Assembly (NCBI GenBank): GCA_002269645.1
Contig: NIVC01000517.1
Span: forward strand, 213,043-277,042
DNA: 64,000 nt
Direction of reading: 5' to 3'
Origin: Macrostomum lignano
Lineage: Eukaryota
Below are positions 52,449 through 64,000 of this stretch, piece after piece (within the stretch, counting starts at the first letter, position 1; the number at the start of each line of letters is the position of its first letter). The translations under genes were made by a program, and so were the position numbers. The notes beneath the pieces are model-generated. The model saw only the letters and a list, made by a program, of their open reading frames with translations, had not been told where the DNA came from and ran no database searches.

Positions 52449-55400
52449 TCATAGCCGCAGCTGCGGGGGCCCAGCAGACCGCATGGAGGATTGCGAACTG
52501 CTAGTCCGCGATCTGCCACCACTGCCGCCACCATCGACAGCCGACGAATTGTCTCCAACGCCAGCCTGAGGCGGCGTCGCCAGCAACGGGTCGAGCAGAA
52601 TCTCCTCGGCCGACGGTCGATCAGCCGGATTCGCCGACAACAATCGAAGTATCAGCGCCGATTCGGCTGGCCAATCGTTGATGAATTTCGTTGGCAAGCG
52701 GCTCTCCTTGGCTCGCAGCATGCAGGTGACCCGCTCCATCTCCGTGGTGAAGGCGTGGCACAGTTCGAACAGGATCAGGCCCAGACTGAAGATGTCCACC
52801 TTCTCGTTGTAGGCCAGGCCGGCGCTCTGCTCGGGGCTCATGTACAGCCGGGTGCCGATCTCCGAGGTGTGCCAGGTGGCCACGGACTTGGCGTTGTGCA
52901 GTCCCGGCGGAAGCGGCTCCTGGCTGGAGGAATTGCCGCCGCTGTCCACCGGTTTTGCCGCGACTGCAGCCGCTGCCGCCTCTTCGTCCATGAGAGCCGT
53001 GGCCAGACCGAAGTCGCCTGGGGGGGGGGCAGGGTTCGCATGGTGGTTAGGCTCCAAAACAGCATCTTGTACCCTGTTTGAGCTTCAACTTGACTATCTA
53101 ATATCACCCTCTCTAATCTCATTCCATCTCACTCTCTCTTATCTCATTCCATCTCACCCTCTCTAATCTCATGCCATCTTACCTTCTCTAATCTCATTCC
53201 ATCTCACCCTCTCTTATCTCATTCCATCTCACCCTCTCTAATCTCATGCCATCTTACCTTCTCTCTAATCTCATTCCATCTCACCCTCTCTAATCTCATG
53301 CCATCTTACCTTCTCTCTAATCTCATTCCATCTCACCCTCTCTAATCTCATGCCATCTCACCCTCTCGAATCTCATTCTATCTCACTTCTTCTAATATCA
53401 TTTTATCTCAGTATCTAATCCCATTCTATCTCACCCTTTCTAATCTCATTCCATCTCACCCTCTCTTATCTCCTTCATCTAACCCTAGCTCTAATTTCAT
53501 GCCATCTCACCCTCTCGAATCTCATTCTATCTCACCCTTCTATATCATTTTATCTCAGTCTCTAATCCCATTCTATCTCACCCTCTCTAATCTCATTTCA
53601 TCTCACCGTCTCTAATCCCACTCTGTCGCACCCTCTAATCTCAATTCATCTCACCCTCTAAGCTAATCTCAATTTATCTCACCCCCTAGTCTCATTCCAT
53701 CTCAGCCTTTCCAATCTCATTCTCACCCTACCTTACTCTTATTAGAATCTTCTTCCTATCTAAATTTCATCCTGTATGCATCTAATCTCCTTCATCTAAT
53801 CCTAGCTCTAATCTGACCCTCTCTAATCTCATTGAAAAACCTACCAATCTTAACGGAGCCATCCAGCGCAAAGAAAATATTGGAACTCTTCAAGTCCCGG
53901 TGAATCAAATTGCACTGATGCACAAACGACACGGCCTGACAGATTTGACCAAAGACGTCCCGAACTCGAACCCGGTCCCTGTCGCCCGTATTTACTCGCA
54001 GCCAGTCGCGAAGGCTCTCCTTCTGGCACAGCTGCATCTGTATGTACAGATAGAGCTTGGATTCGTGAGTTGTCGGATTTGACTGCTCCGAGGCCAGCGC
54101 CGCTGATGAGGCGGCGTTCGACGCCGTTTTTCGACGCCGCCGACTTCGACCTGCACCGGCTTGACCGACTTTATCGTCATTGTTGTCGTCGCTATGAACC
54201 AGCGACGCCGTCGCTTTGGCGACATCTTTCTTAGAAAACGCTGCATCATCATCATCCTCATCAGACGAGCTCGACAAACGATTATAAGCGGCACCCGGGT
54301 TGGAATGTTCAAATACGATTTCTACCGAATCGTCATCAACGTGCTTTATTGATCGATTGTTGTTTGACGTTTTCTTCTGCTTCTGCTTGTGATGAAGCCG
54401 CTTCTTAGAGGCTGAGCTGCAAAGGGGGGGGGCAATAAAAGTTTTCAATAATTTTACTTATAGGCGATTCTACCCATTCCACAGAGTCCTGAGCACACGT
54501 ACAAGCGGGCACTCATACACACGCTCACTCAGGGTGTACACAGCGACCCTGACTTTCTAATTGGTCAGGCATGTGCACTCTCTTCGCCGTCAGGGAATCG
54601 GCTTTCATAAGTGTTTCTGCCCTACAGAGGATGTACAGACAACGAGCAAGGACTACAGGAAATGTAGTTTCCCGTCCGTCTACTTGAGTAGTCACTGACG
54701 AGTAGAGCAGAAAACTACGAGTATCGCACCGTCTTTGCTGAATCGGTACGGACAGGCGGCCAGCAGTTGACGGCTCCTCAGTGGTGGTGTCACTCTCGGG
54801 CATTGTCCAACGGCTGCCCAGCCCCGCCAGTTCGACACTGTCATAGCCGCCGCCGCTGGTGCCAAACCCAGTGGCATTGGAAAATTCCCCGCTATCAAAA
54901 TCGTCGTCCTCAAAGTTATCATCGCAGTCAAGTCTTTGTTCCATTGAGAAGTCTTTGTTAAAATCGGACCGCTCTTTATCGATAATATCGTCATCTGTAG
55001 CCGATAGATCAACATCGCCATCGTAGGGATTCAACGGCGATGGTCGGCGACCGCAGCATGAGCTGATGCTGCCTCCGCCGCTTCCGGTGCCGTGACGCCG
55101 TCGGAGGCCTCCAGCGCCGCGGACAGACGCGGCAAACGAATCCGAGAACAGGCGCTTTCGTCTACTAACTCGACCAACAGGAGGCGTCGCCTTCGAGCTG
55201 GTGAAATCTGTCGCCACTGCGCCGCCTGTGGACAGGCCGAAGCTGGCCACGGTGTCCGGGGCGCCGGAGGACAGGCCGTCGTCTGCCTCGGTGGTGGCGG
55301 CGGTTTCAGCTGCCTGTCGGTTGGCGTTGATCAAGCTGGCGTCCATGCGCTCCTGCCAGCCGCTTGGCGGGCACTCGAACCAGGCCTGATAGTATCTGCG

Positions 55401-58400
55401 GGGAGTGGCAACTAGATCATGTAGGTAATGCAATCCATCAGATTGTTGTCAATCAAGAATGGGATCAGTATATGGGATATTTCTTAGGTGTATGGGATTT
55501 TGGGTGTGGGATCAATCAATATGAGATATTAGGGTGTGGGATCAATGAATATGGGATATTAGGGTGTGGGATCAATGAATCTAGGACACTAGGGTATGGG
55601 ATGAATGAATCTGGGATACTTAGAGTATGGGATCAATGAATATGGGATACGATAGGGTATGTGATCAAGGATTAAGGAATCTGGGATACTTAGGGTATGG
55701 GATCAAGGAATCTGGGATACTTTAGAGTATGGGATCAATAAATCTGGGAGACTAAGAGTATGGGATCAAGGAATCTGGGATACTTAGAGTATGGGATCAA
55801 GGAATCTGGGATACTTAGAGTATGGGATCAAGGAATCTGGGATACTTTAGAGTATGGGATCAAGGAATCTGGGATACTTAGAGTATGGGATCAAGGAATC
55901 TGGGATACTTTAGAGTATGGGATCAAGGAATCTGGGATACTTTAGAGTATGGGATCAATGAATCTGGGATACTAAGAGTATGGGATCAATGAATATGGGA
56001 TACGATAGGGTATGTGATCAAGGATTAAGGAATCTGGGATACTTAGGGTATGGGATCAATGAATCTGGGATACTTTAGAGTATGGGATCAATAAATCTGG
56101 GAGACTAAGAGTATGGTATCAAGGAATCTGGGATACTTAGAGTATGGGATCAAGGAATCTGGGATACTTAGAGTATGGGATCAAGGAATCTGGGATACTT
56201 TAGAGTATGGGATCAAGGAATCTGGGATACTTAGAGTATGGGATCAAGGAATCTGGGATACTTTAGAGTATGGGATCAAGGAATCTGGGATACTTTAGAG
56301 TATGGGATCAATGAATCTGGGATACTAAGAGTATGGGATCAATGAATATGGGATACGATAGGGTATGTGATCAAGGATTAAGGAATCTGGGATACTTAGG
56401 GTATGGAATCAAGAAATCTGGGATATTAGGGTATGGAATCAAGAAATCTGGGATATTAGGGTATGGAATCAAGAAATCTGGGATATTAGGGTATGGGATC
56501 AATTAATATGGGATATTAGGGTATGCGATCAATTAATATGGGATATTAGGGTGTGGGATCAATTAATATGGGATATTAGGGTGTGGGATCAATTAATATG
56601 GGATATTAGGGTGTGGGATCAATTAATATGGGATATTAGGGTATGCGATCAATTAATATGGGATATTAGGGTGTGGGATCAATTAATATGGGATATTAGG
56701 GTGTGGGATCAATTAATATGGGATATTAGGGTGTGGGATCAATTAATATGGGATATTAGGGTGTGGGATCAATTAATATGGGATATTAGGGTATGCGATC
56801 AATTAATATGGGATATTAGGGTGTGGGATCAATTAATATGGGATATTAGGGTATGCGATCAATGAATATGGGATATTACGGTGTGGGATTGTCGCGACTT
56901 TCCTATTCATTTCTTAGTTCACCTTCAATTGTCTCTGTTTACTCCGTTTTCTCTCTCTCTCTCTGTCTAGCTCAATCTTGTTATTCTTATCTCTCTCTCC
57001 CTTGCTGCGTTCTGATTGGCTCTCCGTTCTCGCCTCTTTCCTCAGTGCGCACTCCACCCCCTCTCTTTATTATTCTGGGCTCAACCCCCCAAAGTTAAAT
57101 GTTCTATAAATATATCGGTTTGGGCCCTGCGCCCACTTACTGCTCATCCTGCTCCTTCAATTTAACTCCAATTAAATAGTCTTTAGCGGCTCGTAGTATT
57201 TTTCTACATGGCGCCCAATGTGGGGCTCGATCAATGAATATGGGATGCTAGGGTGTCTCATTATAAAACAAGACTCACCTAACGATACCTTGATGATCCA
57301 GTTTAGCCAGAGCTTTCACTTCGCGCAATATCCTAGCCCTGGCCTGATCGCTATTCTTAACTGCAACGCGTTTAATAGCATAGCAACAGTCGTCGATTCG
57401 GTGGCGAGCTTCGAATACGAGGCCGAAGCCGCCACGGCCAAGGCAGCGGACGTGAGTGAACTCAGTGTGATAGCGGGACACGAACTGGCCGCTAAGACCT
57501 GCAGTCAAATAAAATAATCAAATTAATACAACTTAAATAAAATGGCCTCCACCCGATGAAAACCAAACCTAGGCCTCACTTTGTGAATTAAAATCGCATT
57601 TCACATTTACAAAAACCCCATTCAGTCTACTTGAGTTAGTAGTAGTAAGTTAAGCGCTAATACAACAACTATTGGACGACTCTTTTTTGACGATTCTGCA
57701 GTTCACTTAACGGTCGCCTCTCCGTCGCATTGCAGTCGTTTGGGTCGAACACCCGGCCGAGGCATTTCAGATCCAGAATACAGAAGACGTAGTACTAATC
57801 AGATGACGAGGCATTTTGCTCTTATAATACAGCTTTAGCTACTGCTGCCGTTTACCCAAAATCACGGATTCAAACCTGGTAGGTAGTTAGGCAGAGCCAG
57901 CAGATGCTGCTGAGACGAAGAATCGGTTGTTGAAACCAGTTGTTGCTGCTGTTGTTGTTGTTGATCTGGAGTTGCCAATAGCAACTGAGACTCGCGCCGT
58001 ATCGCTTCCAGGGTATTACTATTAGATACGTTTGATTCCACCGAGCAGACGCGATTTAACTGCTCGTAGCGGGCCGGCTGCAGCACTTTAGTGACGAATA
58101 AGTGCACTAGCACCGATAGGAACAGCGATAGTATGATGATCTGGGGCAGGTAGTGCCACAGGGAGCCAGTATAGTTGTTGATCACCTGATTATAGAGACC
58201 AAGGCAAACTTAAGAATGTAATTATGTAACGCTTACGTCATTATAAATATTCTATATTGAAAGTAAATTTCGATACATATCGGCTGGTTTTTGATCTTGC
58301 GCTATTTCCAGTCCATGTTGTCTTGTTTCAATTAAAAAAGTTATTTTTCGATACATATCGTCTTGTTTCGTTTGTAACAAGTTAATTTCATAACATCTTC

Positions 58401-60886
58401 TCTAATATTATTGTTAAGTATCATTTTCAAAACATTTTTCGAAACATACTGGCTGGTTTTAGTCTTAATATGCTATTTTCGATACATATCGGCAGTTTGT
58501 TAAATCTGAAAATATTATTCTCGATACATATATGCTGGTTTTAGTCTGAAAATGTTATTTTCGATACATGTCATCTTGTTCAAATCGTACAAAGCTACTT
58601 TCGAAACATATCGTCGAATAGTAAGTATTTTGAAAACTATTTTTCGATACATATCGGCGACAAAATACTCACCTGATAAACAACACCGTCTTCGTCGTCG
58701 TCGAATTCGCTAATAAAATCGTCGCCGCTAGTCGATTGCTGGCCGTAGGGATTAAGTGGCCGCTGCTGCTGCCCAGCCAAATCGCTAGGGCCTCCGTCCC
58801 AACCGACCGCAGGATAAAATCCCGGCTCGGCGATTAGCACATCCTCGCGCAGCGCCAGTTCTCGCCCGCTAGCCCCGGCATTATCACCGTCTTTATCCGA
58901 CGCCTCCCCCTGTTGCTGTTGATCCTTTTTGAATTCCAACCGAACCTGAAACTGCAGCGGCTGCGGCAACGGTCGGCGCCACACCGAACTGGCGCCGGGG
59001 GCCGGCACGGCCAGCTGATTCTGAGGCTGCTGGTGACGGTGCTGGTGTGTGAGCGGCTCAGATTGAACGTAGTACTGGTCCCTGAGATTAATATAATAGA
59101 ATAAATATTTTTTTTCGATGCATATCGCTAAACGCAATTTTATAGTGTGTAAAGCTACTTTCGATACATATCGCTGAACGCAATTCTACAGTGTGCAAAA
59201 CTACTTTCGATACAGATCGCTAAAGTAATTTTATAGGGTGTAGCTACTTTCGATACATATCGCTGAACGCAATTCTATAGTGTGCAAAGCTACTTTCGAT
59301 ACATATCGGAGGATTGAAAATTCACTAACATACCTATACTGGCCGATGTACACGTGGCCGCCAGACAGGGAAGGCGGCAGTTGAGCACCCCGACTCGGAC
59401 ATCCGCTGCCGCCGCCGCCTCCAGTAGATGCGGACACAGCAGAAGCGGTGTGGCGCATATGAAACACTGAAATCGAGGTCAAACGAGGACGCGAGCCGCC
59501 AGGCGTCAATTCCCAAGCTTGGGCAATGGGAGACGCCAGCGGATGGCGCCAGAGAACGGCGCCGGTAGTCGGGTGGATTCGATAGACGATACCCGACGTG
59601 ACGTCGAAACGAAGGCCCTGAGAGACTGCGGAGCTGAAATGATTTCCAGGAAATGCAAATTTAAGCTCCAAGACAATTTTTGCGCATGAAAACACATCAT
59701 AAATTAATCTGGCGGAGTACGGAGTCGAACCCGGGAGACTACCACAGGAGGAGAATTAGAGACGCCTTACACCGCTGAGCTACCCTGACCCCTTCAAGTT
59801 AGCAGCATTCAAGACTATTTAACCATAAATTATACTTAATCCTGAGCATTACCGATAGCTGCTGTCAGACTCCGACTGATGCTGCTTTTGTTTAGCGCTT
59901 CCGCTGCCGCCGACGCCGCTCTGAGCGCAGAAGCGACGCGCCTGCGAGTCGATATCATTGCCGCCGACGCCCCCGTCGTCGTTTTGGCCAGCGCAGGCGT
60001 GATAGCCGAGCTCGCACTCTGCCACCTTGATTCGAAAATTAAGAGGCTTTGTTTGACTTTGACAGTTGCAAATGCGGATCTGGGCGGCTGGCCCAGCAAC
60101 TGAGGATCTGGGAGGCTGGCCCAGTAACTGGGGATCTGGGAGGCTGGCCCTGCAACTGACACTCTGGGAGGCTCGCCCAGCAACTGAGGATCTGGGAGGC
60201 TGGCCCAGCAACTGAGGATCTGGGAGGCTGGCCCAGCAACTGAGGATCTACGAGGCTGGCCCAGCAACTGGGGATCTGGGAGGCTGGCCCAGCAACTGAG
60301 GATCTGGGAGGCTGGCCCAGCAACTGAGGATCTGGGAGGCTGGCCCAGCAACTGAGGATCTGGGAGGCTGGCCCAGCAACTGAAGATCTGGGAGGCTGAC
60401 CCAGCAACTAAAAGTCCAAGAGGCTGGCGGAGAATCCAAAAAGCAGCTGCGCACCTGGAAGTGCCAGTCCTCCCTGCCGCTGGTGTGCACCGCCCGCACT
60501 GTGCTGGCCAGCCGTCGCACAGTCAGCACGCCACCGACGCCGCTGTCAGCCCTTTCAACCGGCTCGGGCTCTCCATCCTCATCGTCGTTCTCGTCAACGT
60601 CTAGACGTCTAGAACTGCCAGCCGATGCCGAGGGCACATCCGGCGCCAGATTCTTGCAGCCGGAAGCGCCGCATTGGTAAAGAGGCCGGCCAGACCTGAG
60701 CGACAGTCCAGTCAACAAAGTCTCTTTGCTGCCAACAACAAAGGTGTCCTCAGCCAGACGGTAGGATGTCGATAGCAGCGTATCGGCAGTGACGGGCAGC
60801 GAGTGCAGACTGCCGGAGTCCAATCGGAACAGAGAGCCGTCCAGAGACGGGATGATGCGGTAGGGCTGACCGCTGCTGTCCCGGTG
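52449..60886 (-). CDS. EIF2AK3: eIF2-alpha kinase 3 (PERK), 5'-incomplete; exons 60455-60886, 59853-60025, 59334-59633, 58673-59081, 57876-58185, 57279-57498, 54730-55395, 53845-54416, 52449-53017
   Basis: All nine junctions are phase-consistent (3651 nt). Luminal IRE1/PERK-type motif [10 protein letters not shown]; one TM segment ([18 protein letters not shown]); kinase motifs [37 protein letters not shown], long insert, [50 protein letters not shown]. Confidence 0.92.
53090..53830. repeat. Degenerate ctctaatctcattccatctcacc minisatellite in the last PERK intron
   Basis: Tandem copies. Confidence 0.85.
55470..56890. repeat. 30-32-bp minisatellite with a ~353-bp block duplication, in a PERK intron
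   Basis: gggatcaaggaatctgggatacttagagtat units; blocks at 55760 and 56113. Confidence 0.9.
59711..59790 (-). pseudogene. tRNA-like sequence (SINE head or tRNA pseudogene) in a PERK intron
   Basis: Reverse strand GGTCAGGGTAGCTCAGCGGTGTAAGGCG...CCCGGGTTCGACTCCG has A and B boxes, but the acceptor stem does not pair. Confidence 0.55.
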
Positions 60887-61750
60887 CTAATGAGTTAACA
60901 GGGATGGCATTTTAAACATCAATGGGGCAATAAAATATTTTTATCTGTGTCATCATAATAGCATTTTGTGCCGCCAGGATAATTGACATCTTTTGGACGC
61001 TAGAATTCAAACTAGCTGTGGAATTTTCAAAAACTGTGGAATTCACTACTATGGAATTCACAAACTGTGGGATTCACAGAAACTGTGGAATTCACAAACT
61101 GTGGGATTCACGGAAACTGTGGGATTCACGGAAACTGTGGAATTCACTACTATGGAATTCACAAACTGTGGGATTCACAGAAACTGTGGAATTCACTACT
61201 ATGGAATTCACAAACTGTGGGATTCACAGAAACTGTGGAATTCACTACTATGGAATTCACAAACTGTGGGATTCACAGAAACTCTGGAATTCACTACTAT
61301 GGAATTCACAAACTATGGAATTCACAAACTGTGGGATTCACAAACTGTGGGATTCACAGAAACTCTGGAATTCACTACTATGGAATTCACAAACTATGGA
61401 ATTCACAAACTGTGGGATTCACAAACTGTGAAATTCACGGAAACTGTGAGATTCACGGAAACTGTGGAATTCACAAACTGTGGGATTCACAAACTCTGGA
61501 ATTCACTACTATGGAATTCACTACTATGGAATTCACAAACTGTGGGATTCACAGAAACTGTGGAATTCACAAACTGTGGGATTCACAAACTGTGGGATTC
61601 ACAAACCGTGGGATTGACAAACCGTGGGATTCACAGAAACTGTGGAATTCACAAACTGTGGGATTCACAAACTGTGGGATTTACAAACTGTGGGATTCAC
61701 GGAAACTGTGGAATTCACAAACTGTATAATTTACACAAACTGGAATTCAC
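60080..61750. repeat. 28-bp minisatellite (60080-60415) and ggaattcacaaactgt-type minisatellite (61010-61750)
   Basis: Tandem copies in PERK introns or upstream. Confidence 0.9.
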
Positions 61751-64000
61751 ATAAATTGTTAAGTTCACACAAACATTCCATGCAAATAGTTCTCAACTCA
61801 CCAATAGCTGACTTATACTTTGCGATAGCAATGGCTTGCCAAGATCAAATTGCCATTTCAAATTGTTGCCATTAGTTGAGTCCAATGAGAAGGCACTCAG
61901 CTTGCCATCAATTGTGCTGACAAGAACAATTTTGCTAAAATTAAGGAAAAGAAAATGTTGTAAATTACAAATTTTTGAAGTCTCGTAGCATATATTTCTT
62001 TGCTAATTCATAATAATTTATATTTCATATTATATTATAATAATAAAAAGCATTTGTTAAAGGGTTAATAGTTTTCTTTTTCAAACCAGTATTACTTTTT
62101 GTTAGGCAATAATTACCTAAAGCTTATACAAGTTATTTTCAAAATTTAAAGTGCCTCAAATTCCATAGTTTGGATCATTTATTAGTGTACGTTGGGTCTA
62201 GTGGGGGAAAAGTATAAGACCACATTTGTACGCTGAGACTAAAAAAATGTTTTCAATGATGTACATGGCCCTAGTTGTACATTTTTTTCAATTTTGAATT
62301 GATTATTCATACAGAGTAACAAACTTAAAAATAATGCACTTATGGAATATATACTAAGAAAAGAAAATTTTAAAAGAATACTTTTAATACTTTTTATGAG
62401 CTAAAAAAATTAAAAATTACTAAAGCATTATGGACAAGCATACAAACAAACCTTAGAAATCTAGTAGATTTAGAAGATTGGTAAGAGTGTCAGTTTTGCC
62501 TTATTATTTCTGTAGGTATAATTTAAGTTGGTTTAAAATGAAAATATTTGTAATGAAGAATTATTGTACAAAAGCCTTTCTTAAAAATTTTATATGTGAA
62601 AACTGAATGACCTTTTAAGAGGAATTTTTGGCATACTTTAGTACTACTAAATTTTAAGGAATTTTTTTGTTTTTGTCATACACTAGCATATATTTAGATG
62701 AGCTAGGATTCTTGTTCCGGCGTACACTACTACACGATCCACAAACTGGATTTTATATAAAGTCACTTAATTGGTCCTAATATGCATGCCAGTATGCCAT
62801 AGATATAAGCTAAAAATATTCTACTATGTCATATATGCTGGGATATATGCTGATATACATTGAAAAATAGCAAGTACCCTTGTCAAATGCTAGGAAATCC
62901 TAGCGTCCATATCATTTTCCAAACTATGGCTTAAATTGAATTACTTTTTTTATAGGGAAGAAGGCTTTATAAGACCAAAATTTCACAATGACAAAAACTC
63001 AATATGCAAGGCCTTCCAAAGGAGCAAAATTTCATCAAGAACAAAATTTCTTAATGCCAAAAATACTGCATGGTCCTTATTATATATTAAGTTTTCAATG
63101 ATGTTAAATTATTTACATAATTGATATTAGGGCCTATATGGCTATATATATGGCCATATTATGTGAATAACTTGTCGCATGTTATTTTGTATGTTATTCC
63201 GCACATTATTCTACATGTTATTTGGCATGTTACTAGGCATTTTCCACGATGTTCTGTATAAAATTTAAAAGTAATTTTTCAATATTTGATACATTTTAAA
63301 TGTAAAGCAAAAGTCTACATGTACATGAGCTTGTTATACTCGCGTATTTTCCTGGATTGCGACTACTACAATGCCATTCGTAAAATTATAATTGACTGCA
63401 ACAGCGTACTGTAGTTGCAGAGTTGTAAGTTGGGTTACAGAGTTGCATGCACAGAGGCGGGGTTGCGGAGAGGTTAGAGAAAAAGAAGAGAAGAGTGACT
63501 ACTTAAAAATGAAAACCAAAACATTAATACGTATCATACATGCGCAACTGCTGGCTGACCTGGCCGATCTGGCCACCGTAAATTGTGGTGGACCAGGGGT
63601 AAGTCGCAAAAATGCCACCCCAAAGAATACGGATGTAGTACTAATTAGATTCCGAAGCATTTAGGCCTGATAAGACAGTCATAGTTACTCCTGCCGTTAA
63701 CCTAAATAAGTGTTAATTTTGCTTTAGGGTTTCTTTCACAGGTAAGTCGCATTTTTGGTCAAAAAGTAAGTCGCATGGCCAGTGTAAATCAGGGGGGTTG
63801 CACATGTATGATACGTATAATCCATAGGAAGTAGTGTGATATAGTTAGAATATCAGAAATAAATGGTTAAAGCCCAATTTCTTAACTTAGTATTTTAGTA
63901 CTTCACTAGCAATCTTCGCCCCCCGATAGGGGACATCTAGATAGAATCTCTGTTCTCTACAAGTATCAATAAGATAACCAAACAAAGCCTTCACATAGTC

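Noticed and set aside
54525-54729. C-terminal part of the 302-aa ORF as PERK coding sequence
   Set aside because: Lies past the phase-2 donor at 54729, so it is intronic
60993-61875. 253-, 220- and 137-aa ORFs upstream of PERK
   Set aside because: Minisatellite translations on the strand opposite to PERK

Overview
Eukaryotic (invertebrate animal) genomic DNA. GC-rich exons are separated by introns packed with minisatellites; the style resembles a Macrostomum-type free-living flatworm, but that is inference only. Genes reconstructed by hand with phase-consistent GT-AG splice sites: the 3' end of an unidentified gene (+, 1-1144), a membrane-anchored JmjC/cupin gene (-, 2785-6418), a sex-peptide/MIP-receptor-like GPCR (+, 36012-38563), a divergent TTL/ATP-grasp-like gene (+, 43715-48153) and PERK/EIF2AK3 (-, 52449-60886, 5' exon not found). 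A partly resolved minus-strand gene of unknown product has small exons between about 6.5 and 33 kb. Mobile elements: a complete 6.6-kb CACTG-ended EnSpm/CACTA transposon (8355-14965, 2-bp TG TSD) with a transposase, a CIDE-N-containing second ORF and a nested LINE fragment; a 5'-truncated Ngaro/DIRS-like tyrosine-recombinase retroelement; tRNA/CORE-like SINEs; and a hAT MITE. Most striking observation: the EnSpm sits inside a coding exon of the minus-strand gene. Its terminus (CACT|GTAATT) and its own target-site duplication (CA+G) supply splice sites that could remove it as an in-frame intron, an introner-like behaviour. Most long ORFs in the provided track are minisatellite artefacts.
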